A stretch of 64,000 nt of DNA from Asterias rubens (Eukaryota), in the NCBI RefSeq assembly GCF_902459465.1, contig NC_047080.1:9424001-9488000 (forward strand), in the 5' to 3' direction. Of this stretch, positions 10,393-21,511 are shown piece by piece. Numbering within the stretch: the first letter of the stretch is position 1; each line of letters begins with the position of its first letter. The notes below the pieces were generated by a model. It saw nothing but the letters and a program-made list of their open reading frames with translations. It had not been told where the DNA came from and searched no databases. The translations under genes and the position numbers were made by a program.

Positions 10393-13300
10393 CTATAAAA
10401 TTTATGTAAAAAAACACCCCGTGAATTGTCTACAGGTCCCGTTTCTCCCTTCTCTCCTCGATCCTGCCTTCTCTCTCATCCAGTCTCCATGTATCTCTAT
10501 CTGGTGTCTATGCTGGAAGAAATGGATAGTTAGTAATCATTGAAATAATGTAATGCAGTACCGGGAGTCGAACCTGTAAAGCAGAGTTAACAAGTTACTA
10601 TACATTCAATAGTCCATAGCCTAACCCACCGGGCTACGAGGCGTTGATACCAAATTTAGTTGTCTGTCCTAGATGTGTTTGCCATTACCTGGGTCAATAA
10701 AGGTCATAATGAATATGTAATTTAAATGAATATTAAAATAAGCTGTGATTGTCCAGTGCTTTGCATAAGTTGAATATTCATACCGTCCTGAATGACGAAC
10801 TCCTTCACGCATCAGTCACGTGAAAGGTTATTTGGATTGTTCCACTAGTATGAGTCCCGAGGGGAGTTCCACCGAGGACGCACGTAATCACCAAGAGTAA
10901 TTATTTAGAAAGTCTCCCAATTGTTCTGTTGGGCTATATAAGGAAGCTCTTGAAGTCTTGAAGTCATGTTGTCATGCTTTCTAAGTTGAAACATGAATAC
11001 CTTTTGGAATGCTGAGAGATTGTTTGAGACTGTTGCCACGCCGGATGCTGCAATTGCGTTCTGCAAAGAACGTGGACTAATTGCCGACGCCCCCGATTGC
11101 CGGTACTGCCGCCACCCGTTGACATGGTCCGTGAAGACGGACCATGCCGACGGGTTCTCGTGGCGGTGCACACATCGGGGGTGCCGGAAGCGGTCTCGCA
11201 ATTGCAGCATCCGTCATGGCAGCTGGTTTAGCGACAGCAAGATGTCACTGAAAAAAATCCTCAAGCTCACCTACTACTGGGCGGCACGAGCGACAACCTC
11301 TGCGGCAATTAGAGAAACATCAGTCCACGAAGGTGAACAAACCAGTAGTAAAACTGTCGTGGACTGGTTCACTTTTTGCCGCGAGGTTTGTCTTCGTGCC
11401 GTCGAGGAACGGTGCAGCAAGGGGATTGGTGGGCCGGGCATGACGGTCGAAATCGACGAGTCAAAATTCGGTCGCCGGAAATACAACCGAGGTCGTTTGG
11501 TTGAGGGTAAGTGGGTGTTAGGCGGCATTTGCCGTGAGACAAAGGAAATTTTCCTGATTGAGGTGCCAAAGCGGGATTCAGCGACCCTTATTCCTTTAAT
11601 TAAGGAATATGTGGCCGCTGGATCCACAATCATATCGGACTGTTGGAAAGCATATGATTGCCTCAGTCAGGAAAATTTTACTCATCTCACGGTAAATCAC
11701 TCCTTAAATTTCGTTGATCCTACCACTGGCGCTCATACTCAAAATATTGAGTGCCAGTGGTGGCAGATCAAGAGGAGTCTGCCGAGCACCCACGCTACCA
11801 GCTCTACCGACGGCTTCGGTTTCCGGTTGGCCGAATACATGTGGCGCCGTCAGAATGCCCTGGTCGACCACTTCGACCAAATCCTCAGTGACATCTTGCT
11901 GTTGTATAAACCACCGAAACGTTTTTGAATTGGCCCGTCCCCGACAACTCTCACGACTACCCTACTTTAAGGCACTGCTCCGCAGAAACGCCAGACAAAT
12001 AAATCCAAAGATAGAATCATAGTTAACCAACCAACACATTACCGTTTATTAATTTAAATAACTTCCAAGAAAATTGTCCCTTACAAATATTCGATTAATA
12101 ATGCAACATGATCCCTTACCTAAAACATACTCAAAAGCAACTGGTGACCCCAAGTTCAAATAAGGCAAAATGTCCATATCATCCAACTGCAATTTAAAGG
12201 GATTATTATACATTACATGGATGTTGGACTTCATTTCCCCTTATTTTTGCTGGGTGGCTAAAATAAGATATACCCCCGCCGTACAGGCCCGTAGACTAGG
12301 TCAACCTGCTTATTATGCAATGACGGTCATTGTATTGAAACCATAACAGCCTATTCTTATAACATAACATTACCTTCATAAACGCACGTGGTTATTTTGT
12401 GGTTTGTTCGAATTTCCCTCCGTCCTCCCTCCCTCCCCTCCTCCCTTCCCAAAATAATTTCAGTGTACCCATTTCGGAAATGAATCAGTCCTAGCGATTT
12501 TTTCCATTGCGCATGGACGCTGACCGACTGATTGGAGTGTTGAACAACAACACTCACACACACAAACAACATAAACATGGCGGAGTTCGATGTCACTGGG
12601 AGTCGAAAACGGCCCAATTTTGACCTTTGTTTACAAACTGTTACGTTTTTTTTCTCTCTTTTTTTTCTGGATGTATATATGCGTTAACCCTTCTTCTCAG
12701 GTAAGAAAAAAATTCAGTGGTTTTGGAGTTAATTAACGGCGGATAAATTGGTGGCGACGACCGGAAGATTACCCCTCTAATGAGTTGGGGTGGTACTTAA
12801 GCAGCCTGCAGAGTCCAGCTTTCTCCAGAAGCGATCAGAGCGTACTGATCAAAACGTCGAGTTGAAACCAACGGTTCTTTTCAGAACCACCCCAACTCAT
12901 TAGAGATAGTCATTACAATTAGTTACTACTTACATGGTGTTTTACCGCAAACCTTTCTATTTATTATGTTATGGTTTACATTTCTCAAGTATTTTTTTTT
13001 TTTAATAATTAAAGATATCATACTATCACTATCAATATCAGAATCTTGATTTGCAACCACAAGGTTGTGTGTAACAACCCCACCTGTGACCTAACCGCTT
13101 ATTTCACAATGACTAGAGTCCGGTCCTACTACTTGCCGTCAACTCACCGACTTGCCGTCAACTCGCCGTCAACTCATTTTCGTGCCGTCAACTCATTAAA
13201 TTTACATGAAAAATTTATAAATGGGACACGGAAGTGTTAAGTCTGGGCTAAACTACATATTTCTCATGGTTTTCGGTAAAAATTCATTCACAAAATCGAC

Positions 13301-16300
13301 TTTGTGTTGATAAAAAAAAGTACCAATCATTGACATCTTGGGCCAAGACTGTGAAAAAGCAAGATGGCAGCCGACGGTTTTGCTGTTTCGAGATAATTTT
13401 TTCACGAGAAAAAAACTCAATTTTTATTCCGAAATATGACCTAAAACTTTCGCGAATTCTCTTTGAGCTGATACTTTACAGTTCTATGTTTCTTTTGTGG
13501 ATTTTAAATGTATAATGGAGGAGTTGACGGCGAGTTGACGGCGCAAGTGAGTTGACAGCGAGTTGACGGCAAGTAGTAGGACCCCTAGAGTCAGTCTAGC
13601 CCCACTTTAGCCCCACTTGCTTGGCTACACAAGTGGGGCTAGAGTCAGCCGATCATTATTATTGTTTGGAATATAGATGGTAAGAATGGGGTTGCTTACC
13701 TTTTGTGCGAGTCAAATGATTTTGAAGAAAACAATGCACCGTGGTCAAACTGCAATTCAAAGGCAGGGCTTGTGTTCGCGCACAAAGTTCGGTTATGGGT
13801 TTGAATCCAACCAAGCTAACCCGCTGATTTCAGAATGACTGACTAGAATAATTATTGTTGTCTAGTTACTGAATCACAATCTTTTTGATTCGTGCAATTC
13901 ATAATGATAGACTCTATCTAAAGTTAACAAATGTTTGTATTTGTTTTTTGTTATTGAGGTTGAGAGAGGGTTTGTTAATGGCGTTATACGGTTTGTAATA
14001 TATCCCCATGTGTGGTAGTGTAAGTTTGTCAAGTCCCAATCCTGACAAGAAGATTGTCTAATTTCTAAACAAACAAATAACAAACTGCTTTTTATTTTCA
14101 GTTCCCATACCGCCACAAATAAACCCTGCAACACATCCAAACTACATTTATGTCTAAATGTATTTTTTAATTTGGTGAATGATGTAAACATAAAATAAAA
14201 TAGATTTATACTTTAGATGGTTTTAACATAATATTATTTTTGAGAAACATTTTATTACAGAATTGTTGGTGAGGACGATGGCGGTCATAGTGGTGAGTTA
14301 TTATCACCAGAGCAGTATGAAGCCTACAAGAAAGAGGTCATTCCAGCCAGAATGAAGAATCGACTATTTGTGAGTTGGACCTCTCCTAGAGGCTGGGACT
14401 GCAAGCTTGTTGGACCAGAAACTCCATGCTTTTGTCAACATAGGTAGGTAATACAGGTACACAGGTCACTGTGGTCCAGTGGTTAGACTGCAGGACTTGC
14501 AATCAAAAGGTTGTGGGTTCAAATTTTCTCAAGCTAACTGCTGATTTCACAATGACTAGAATAAGTATTGTTGTCTAGTTACTGAATCGTAACCATAGAC
14601 GTTAAACCAATATATTTATGTGAGAGATTGATGGCTGTTGCCAGTTTGGTGTTTATATCCCCTTGTGGCATAGAGGATGCCAAGTTCCCTTAAAAATTAT
14701 CTACTTTTTAGATTGATAGTATGAACTTCAAAGTATAATGTGGTTTGGATAACTTTTTCCAAAACAAATTTGATCTGAGAAATTATTATTGGTGTCTGTC
14801 CTCAAATGCTGTGATCTGAGATGCAGTTTGTACCCGCTGTCACCTCGCTGAATGAAAATGAATTCAAAGTTCATGGGAAAATACAGTGACAAGTTTTTAG
14901 CTATTTTCTCAGCAAGTATTAAGGCCGAGTCACACTGCAGCGATAACGATAACGATCACGACGCAAAGAGAACGCATTCTATTGGTTGAATTGCTCCACG
15001 CAGCATATGCACACGCTCATTCAACCAATGGAATGCGTTCTCTTTGCGTCGTTATCGTTCTCGTTATCGCTGCAGTGGGACCGAGCCTTTACACTGTATA
15101 CAGCTGAAACTTTGTATCTTTCTTTAAAACTGTGTCTATAAATCAGCATTACGATGGCAATCATTAAAACAATCTATAACACTGTTTTTCAAGGTACAAG
15201 CAGCACAAAACAGACTTCAAGGAGCTACCTACAGAGCGGCCGATCCTACTACCATGTCGGGTCAAAGGTTGCAAATGTAGATCCTACAATTACGTCCCCC
15301 TGAATGGAAGTCGTCCACTTCGCTGCCGTTGTAAACACTTCACTGATGAACACTCCGAAGACCCAAGTCATGCCTGTATGAAATGTGAGTATACCGTTTG
15401 ATGCATTTAAAACAAAAAAATCCCTCTTTATTTGTGGCCTCAAAAATAACAATAGTGACTCTTACATAGCGCACTTCCAAAGAATAATCAATGAGCTTCA
15501 AACATAATTACCCCTGGTCACTGAGCCATTTAAATGTTTTCATTCCTTTAACAATCTCAGCTCCCTCGGGAGTATCCTACAGCCTGTGCTGCCAAGTTTT
15601 AAAAGTTTCAATCAATCACAAGAACTATCTCTGCCCTCACAAGTATCCATTTACCACTGGGCGATGAGAAGTAATTATTAGAGTCAAATGTCTTGTCCAA
15701 GGACAAAAGTATCATGACCGGAAAAGAAAGTCCTTTTTATGTTTAATATATTAGTAAATACTCACAAGAGTATCACTAATCCTTTTTTGTTCACCATCTA
15801 GCCAGCTGCAACTGCGTCTCTTTCAAGAGTTCCTTCACTTGTTCCTGTGAGCAGCCGACGTACCTCCATGAGATGATAATTGAGACCAAGGAAGAGAGAC
15901 TGGCCAGGGGTCATCCTGTGGGCCACGACACACCGTACGCAGCTATGGGCGGCCTGACGGGGTTCAGCTCGCTCGCTGAGGCATACATGAGGCTAGATGA
16001 CAGCGGAATAGGTAAGAAGGACCTCAAAAGGTTACTTGTGAAGTTAGAGGGATGAATAGAAAAATAGAGACAGCAAATTCCAACCAAAGATCTAATTTTA
16101 AAGTCTAATAAACCTTAGCTTCCATGCACTCTCACCCAAAAAAAATAGCAATCTTTATATAAAAAAAACTCCAGCCTAATCCTATCCCAAAACTTGAGTT
16201 GTCTGTACCTTAATCCTAACTCTAATCCTTGAACAAAAAAAGAACATTTTAAGAAAGTTTTTGAAAAACCCTAAACTTAATAAATACAGTTCAAAAGAGA

Positions 16301-17346
16301 AATATCTATTAATTCATTGCGGTACCCCTTGCAAACACATAAGATTGGAATTGCCTCTAGCCAATGGACTAGCTGGTTGGTAAGACATCTGCTCTAGCAA
16401 TGGAAAGGCCATTGGTTTTAAATCCCATGTGAGTGATTTGCCTTTAGATTTTTTCACAGATATGTGGAAAGTACTGAGTATATACATGTAGTGCTAAATA
16501 CACATCGGTGTAAGATCCCCGATGCAAAACTATCATCTAATAAAAAGTGAAACTCATGAGTGAGTTGTTTTAGTCTGCATAATGTCTAACTGTTTTGGTT
16601 CGGCTCACCTGATAGGTCCAGCCAGTGAGGAGTTCCTTAACCAGCCAATCACCTCATCCGATAATCCTTTCCTTCGGATGCATGCAAACACCTTCAAGGA
16701 GCTTGAGGGCCCTGATAAGAAAGTAGACGCTCTGACCGAGAAGATGGCAAACTTTAAGATGACCGGAACCGATGCAGATATGGACTATTATGAGATGAGG
16801 TACCAACAGAGGGTAAGAAAAATATCTCAAATTTTAATGATAGAAGGAAGGCAAATCAAGCTCAATAAACTGTTCAACTTTAAACCCCTTTTCCTCAGTT
16901 TTATTCTCTTGTATTTCTTGTTGTTCCTACTTTCACAACATTTGAACCAAATGTGGTATCAAAATTGAACAGATTATAGATTTTGCTTTTTCAAATTACC
17001 TGGGTCGACAACCAACTCATTTTGATTGACCCCATCACATATGCTGAAAAGAAAGCTAAAAACATTAATATATCACATTGTGTTTTTTTGGACGATTGTT
17101 TTGTCTCTTTCATTTCAACAAACTATAACCTAAATCGTATTCCATGAACCTATCAGCAAATGAGATGTCTGTTTAATGCATTTTATTATTTGACAGCTAA
17201 AAGAAGACAGAATGAAGAAAAGAAGTGTGCAGCCTAGACCTGTCTCAAAACCAGCACAAGGGGGCGCTGTTTCAGGCAGTGCAAAAGCTAAGCCTGTTAG
17301 CGCAAAGACCAGTAGAGGACCAACAAGAAGTGCTGTCAAGAAATAA
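10038..17346 (+). CDS. FAM221A: Protein FAM221A, 6 exons, 335 aa
   Basis: Exons 10038-10114, 14261-14443, 15194-15384, 15802-16011, 16616-16812, 17197-17346 (1008 nt, phase-consistent). VDQYLEYRRIVGEDDGG, NRLFVSW, CKLVGPETPCFCQHRYKQHKTD and PYAAMGGLTGFSSLAEAYMRLDDSGIG match remembered human FAM221A. Confidence 0.95.
10218..12774 (+). mobile_element. Merlin-superfamily (IS1595/IS1016-related) autonomous DNA transposon, 2557 bp
   Basis: 8-bp TSD CTCTAATG (10210-10217 and 12775-12782); 27-bp imperfect TIRs starting GG with a perfect inner GTCGTCGCCACCAA; single transposase ORF. Confidence 0.92.
10993..11928 (+). CDS. Merlin / ISXO2-like DDE transposase, 311 aa, intronless
   Basis: N-terminal Cys motif (CRYC...WRCTHRGC); VEIDESKFGRRKYNRGR; IISDCWKAY; VNHSLNFVDPTTGAHTQNIE carry the D, D, E pattern typical of ISXO2-like domains. 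TATATAAG at 10935-10942 and AATAAA at 11998-12003. Confidence 0.93.
   Translation: MNTFWNAERLFETVATPDAAIAFCKERGLIADAPDCRYCRHPLTWSVKTDHADGFSWRCTHRGCRKRSRNCSIRHGSWFSDSKMSLKKILKLTYYWAARATTSAAIRETSVHEGEQTSSKTVVDWFTFCREVCLRAVEERCSKGIGGPGMTVEIDESKFGRRKYNRGRLVEGKWVLGGICRETKEIFLIEVPKRDSATLIPLIKEYVAAGSTIISDCWKAYDCLSQENFTHLTVNHSLNFVDPTTGAHTQNIECQWWQIKRSLPSTHATSSTDGFGFRLAEYMWRRQNALVDHFDQILSDILLLYKPPKRF
13121..13584. mobile_element. 464-bp non-autonomous element with 8-bp TSD (Merlin-like termini)
   Basis: TSD CTAGAGTC (13113-13120 and 13585-13592); TIR (C/G)GGTCCTACTACTTGCCGTCAACTC with subterminal GCCGTCAACTC repeats. Confidence 0.85.
14922..15088. mobile_element. PIF/Harbinger-type MITE (copies 43923-44038 and 50970-51147)
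   Basis: TTA TSD at all three copies; TIR AGGC(C)GAGTCACACTGCAGC(G/A)ATA; nearly palindromic body. Confidence 0.8.
16310..16540 (+). mobile_element. Diverged copy of tRNA-containing repeat family B
   Basis: Shares GGTACCC, TGCCTCTAGCC, GGAAAGTACTGAGTATA, CACATCGGTGTA and CCCCGATGCAAA with 26049-26329. Confidence 0.7.
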
Positions 17347-19848
17347 GCTGAGATGTCGGTTGGAAAAACCATGTTGAATAGGCTTGACTGTTTTTTTTTC
17401 TGATAAAATATAACAAGCTTTTGCAAACTGCTTAGTGCTTACCAACCAAAATGACCTTTGGTATTGCAAAAAAAAATAGTTAATGGCCTGACGTTTCAAC
17501 CATAGCAGGGTCTTTCTCGATGGCTAAAGAAAGGTGTGTTTTTTTCTTCTCTGTGTTGTATTTCAAATACTTTCACTTTTGCAAAGTGTCATCCCTGCAC
17601 CAATTTCTTTCACAGAGGTCCAAAAAAGAAAAAACTGTGTAAAGGATGGGAAATTATTTTGTGTGTAATTAATAATGAAAAAAATAAAACACCCGAAAAT
17701 GGCTGACGGGAATTTTTCATTTAAGAAAAGGGCCATTAAAATTTTACTTGAAGAAACATTATTGTTTATCAAGGAAAGGCTGTGTCCTAATTTGTGGCTA
17801 AGGCAATTTCTGCAGCTGTGTCTAAGTGTGTTGCCAAGGGCCGCCTATACATCAAGACCTAATGATGTGGTCACCAAGCAAGCCTCTTGTTTCGGAACAG
17901 CCAAATATTTAAGTGTTGATGGGGTGGGTTTTGACGTCAACTCACTGAAACCAAATACTTTACATGTTGGTGTGACAGAGTGAAGATGTCCTCTTGGAAC
18001 ATTTTAATTTAGCCAGAGCAATTAGATAACTAAGAAAATGTATTGTTTTTACTTGATAAACAAACGTGTGACAGTGAGTTTGTATATAAGGAACAGTGTG
18101 TATATTTTATGCCGAAAGATGTAGTGTTTTAAACTAAATAAAAAATAAGATTATTTTGTACAACCAATAAATGCATATATTGTGCGATGTTAAAATGAAG
18201 ACAATTTGTTTTGTATCCATTGCTTGTGTTTTTAAAGTAACTGTTTTAAAGCTGTATTTTAATTAATTTAGCTAGGGAGTAGGGAATACCACCGAAATGT
18301 TATTCTGTCACGATTTTTTATTTAACCCAAACCATTTTAAATTTCCATCTCGACTCAAGGTTGCTTTAAAAAAAATTGGTGGGAAATACGTAAATGTTCA
18401 AAATGTACTAACAACCAATGAAACTTTCATTATAAGCCTGTGTACTGGCTTATGGGGGGCAAGTTAGTATCAAGCGCATTCCTTTAAAAGAAATTGAGGC
18501 AGGTCTATTATAAAGAATTTTCAATAAACAAAATCAATGAAATTCTCATAACAAGCCCTTGACCATTGGACCATCTAGGTCAGAAGTTGGTTTTTCGCAT
18601 CAACTTGAGAGATGTACCATTTCCTTCTCAGGAAAAACTGTTCACCGTTTACTCGGAGTTGTTTTGTTCGATACATTTGTTTTGAAACCCGAGAATTGTT
18701 TGAGCTGTGTGGTCATGTTGTTTACTTGTACCACGTGGACAAGAACAAAAGATCAAGTCGTGACAGATTTGTAAACTTGCCCGGGTGGGAAAATTCTGAG
18801 GTCAAGTTGCGGTGAAACTTAAACCTAGTGTGAAAGTTAATCTTGTCACTGGACAACTCTGGCGTGGAATTGGTCATTTTCCAGTCAATCGTCCGGCCTA
18901 TGAAGGACGTGTTTACTGAAGTTACACTAACCATGGAGGTAGACTCATTGTGTGTGCCTTCATGTATATTGGGGCAATTCATTTGTAAATTTCGACATTG
19001 TGAGCAAGTCAAAAGAAATAACTGAAAATCCAAATTCAGTTAGGGGATGTGGGAGGAAAAATACTCAAACGAGGGAAAACCAGCTCCAATGGGCAATTAA
19101 CAACATTTAAAAAAGAAGACAAAATACCCAGCTGGCCAAGATCGTAAATTTCATACATGATTCTACGACAAAGTAAAAGTTATTAATTGTTTAAGCCAGG
19201 AAGCTGTTGAAAACTACTCATGTTGGAGACCTTTCATCTAAAATATCTGGCCGTTTACTTTGTTCATCAGTGTTTAGATTAGTATTATTTATAGAGCCAA
19301 CTTTTCTGAGTGGCACACATTACTTTCCCAGCATTTTCCCTTTTGCTTCAAATCGTCTAACCATGGATTGGAGGTAGGACGAAAGATAAAATTGATTTGT
19401 GGTGAACGATCATTCAGTATGTGACGAATAATAAATCAACGATCAGGGACTGGTTTGAATGAAACTGATCTTCACAACAATACACGTCTTGCAATTCTGT
19501 CTATATAAACGAAGAGGTCACGAACAAACTTTTAAACAATCGGACACAAGTAGTTACAAGGTGGGTGTTATGAGAACTCCGAAGATCAAATTTCGTGTGC
19601 GCCTTTTGTTTAGGCTAAAACAACACGTCACCCAATCGACCTTACAACAAGATATTCTATTTCACGACATACGAAATAAAACCTTTATTTGTTTATGTTA
19701 ATGAGAAGTTGTGTCTTTAGCGGAGCTTAAAGCACCTGCTAGCGTTTCCGCTTAGGGAATCGAAGGCTGCTTTGCGCGGACAGATGACAAGAATCCTTCC
19801 GCTGTTTAATTCCTTATTTTTGTAACAGCTCCCGTCCTGATAGTTTAA

Positions 19849-20209
19849 AGGCACTGGCCAAGTTTGGTAATTGTCAAAGACAAGTAGACCTATTCTCATT
19901 TGGTATATCCCAACATAGGCATATGCATAAAATAACAAACCTGTGAAAAATTGAGCTCAATTGCTTGTCGAAGTTGCAAGAGAAAGTGAAAGAAAAACCA
20001 CCCTTGTGTGTCTTTAGATGATGCATACAGCTGAAGTCTTTTATTATTTGAGTGAGAAATAACCTCTTTCTCAAAAACTACACGTCTTCAGAGCAGAGGG
20101 AGCCGTGGCTCACAATTTCGTTATATTCAACAGTTCCATTGCTCATTTCCGAGTAGGTTTTTATGCTAACAATTGTTTTGAGTAATTACCAATAGTGTCC
20201 ATAGTGCCT
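19849..20209. mobile_element. Kolobok-type TTAA MITE (further copies 26762-27144, 32434-32822, 39134-39484, 51840-52211, ~52905-53286, ~60070-60710, 61343-61719)
   Basis: TTAA|AGGCACTGG ... GTGCCT|TTAA ends and a shared internal sequence (CATAAAATAACAAACCTGTGAAAATTTGAGCTCAAT, GAGGGAGCCGTTTCTCACAATG). Confidence 0.85.
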
Positions 20210-21511
20210 TTAAAAACATCAACACATGTTGACGCGGTGTATATCGGATACTAGAAACTACAACTCTACACCCGCCGAGGTTTAGATATCGATTTTGTGT
20301 GGAAATAAGACATCAAAATAAACGCGGCATTTCGGTTGTCGGGAAACGGATTTCACAAAACCAATATTATTTGTTGCTCTGCTGATACAAATCACCGTTC
20401 GCGGAAGTACGTTTGCAGGAGGAGCGGCGATGCTGAAGGAAATCAGATGAATATTTTGATGAGAAACACCGAACAGGGAAAAGCAAGAAACGAAACGACG
20501 TCGTAAGACAAGAGTGCGGAGTTTGGAGCATTTTGAACAGAGTTTACTGAACTCTAGTCATTAGGTACGGGAGGAGTGACTATGTTTGCTATGTACACAT
20601 TGAGTGTTTGTTCCACTAATGTCGAGCACTTAACACTTTAGAAATCACGTACACATGAAACAACACCTTATCATAATTAGTAAACAAACTCTCTGTCGCA
20701 AAGGATTAAGATACGGAAACAGCTCCACTCGTCAATAGAGCGCAAGGCTCTGTGTAACGAACCTCCATTGTTTCTTCAGGAAGGAATAAAGAAACGTCCA
20801 ACAACTTTCGCTGCCGTCAAACCGCTGAAAACAATTTGATGGGCAATATTTCTCACACACCTGTGATGCGGGTTAAATGAAATTGTAATCATCATTTGAA
20901 CGCAAACCGCTTGCTAAGATCATCACACGTTCAACTGATAAAGTTATAAAGGTCAGTATTACATTATTTCAAATCTTTAACATAGAGGCTAGAAAACAGT
21001 TGACTGGATATCAAACTGTAGTTTTCACAAATCAATGCAGTTTAATTTTCTCCAATCAAATCACTTGAGAATAAAAAACGTTGTTCAATATGTCGCGATG
21101 TGACAATGGAAACTTGATGCGAAAATCAGGCCTTGATTTTTGTGCTTGATGGGCACAGATATTTTTCTCTTGCAAGAGGCACTTCTATTGGTGTCAATTT
21201 GCATTGTAACTCAATGCTCTGTGGGTGTCGTGTGTTATGTTGAGGCATCGAAACAGTAGATTTATTAATATAGTTGGGATCTTGTAACATCTCACTTTTG
21301 ATTGTTTCGTCAGCCTTTAGAACAACAATTTAATAGCCCAATATTTTGCAAAGAAGGAACAACTAATTGGCGCATTATCTGCCACATCTGTATTTTAATT
21401 TTTAAAAAGCCTACGTTGTTTCGAATCAGCGACAACTATTGGTAAAAAAAAATTCTTTTTTGTTTTTCAATTTTATTTGAAGATCTCCACAATATAGAAG
21501 GATCTGAAAGA

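Larger units (their letters stand above)
10174..12960. mobile_element. Long-TIR MITE split by the Merlin insertion
   Basis: Left arm ATAGAAAGGTTTGTGGTAACACCATGTAATGACTATCTCTAATG|AGTTGGGGTGGT is reconstituted across the insertion and mirrors the right arm ACCACCCCAACTCATTAGAGATAGTCATTACA...CAAACCTTTCTAT (~12886-12960). Confidence 0.85.

Noticed and set aside
10905-12022. Overlapping and antisense ORFs around the transposase
   Set aside because: Expected shadow frames of a GC-rich coding sequence.
14465-14540. tRNA-Ala(TGC) gene (and similar tRNA-like heads at ~26.1, 39.7, 45.55 and 56.85 kb)
   Set aside because: No complete acceptor stem; each is followed by a shared repeat body, so these are SINE-like heads.
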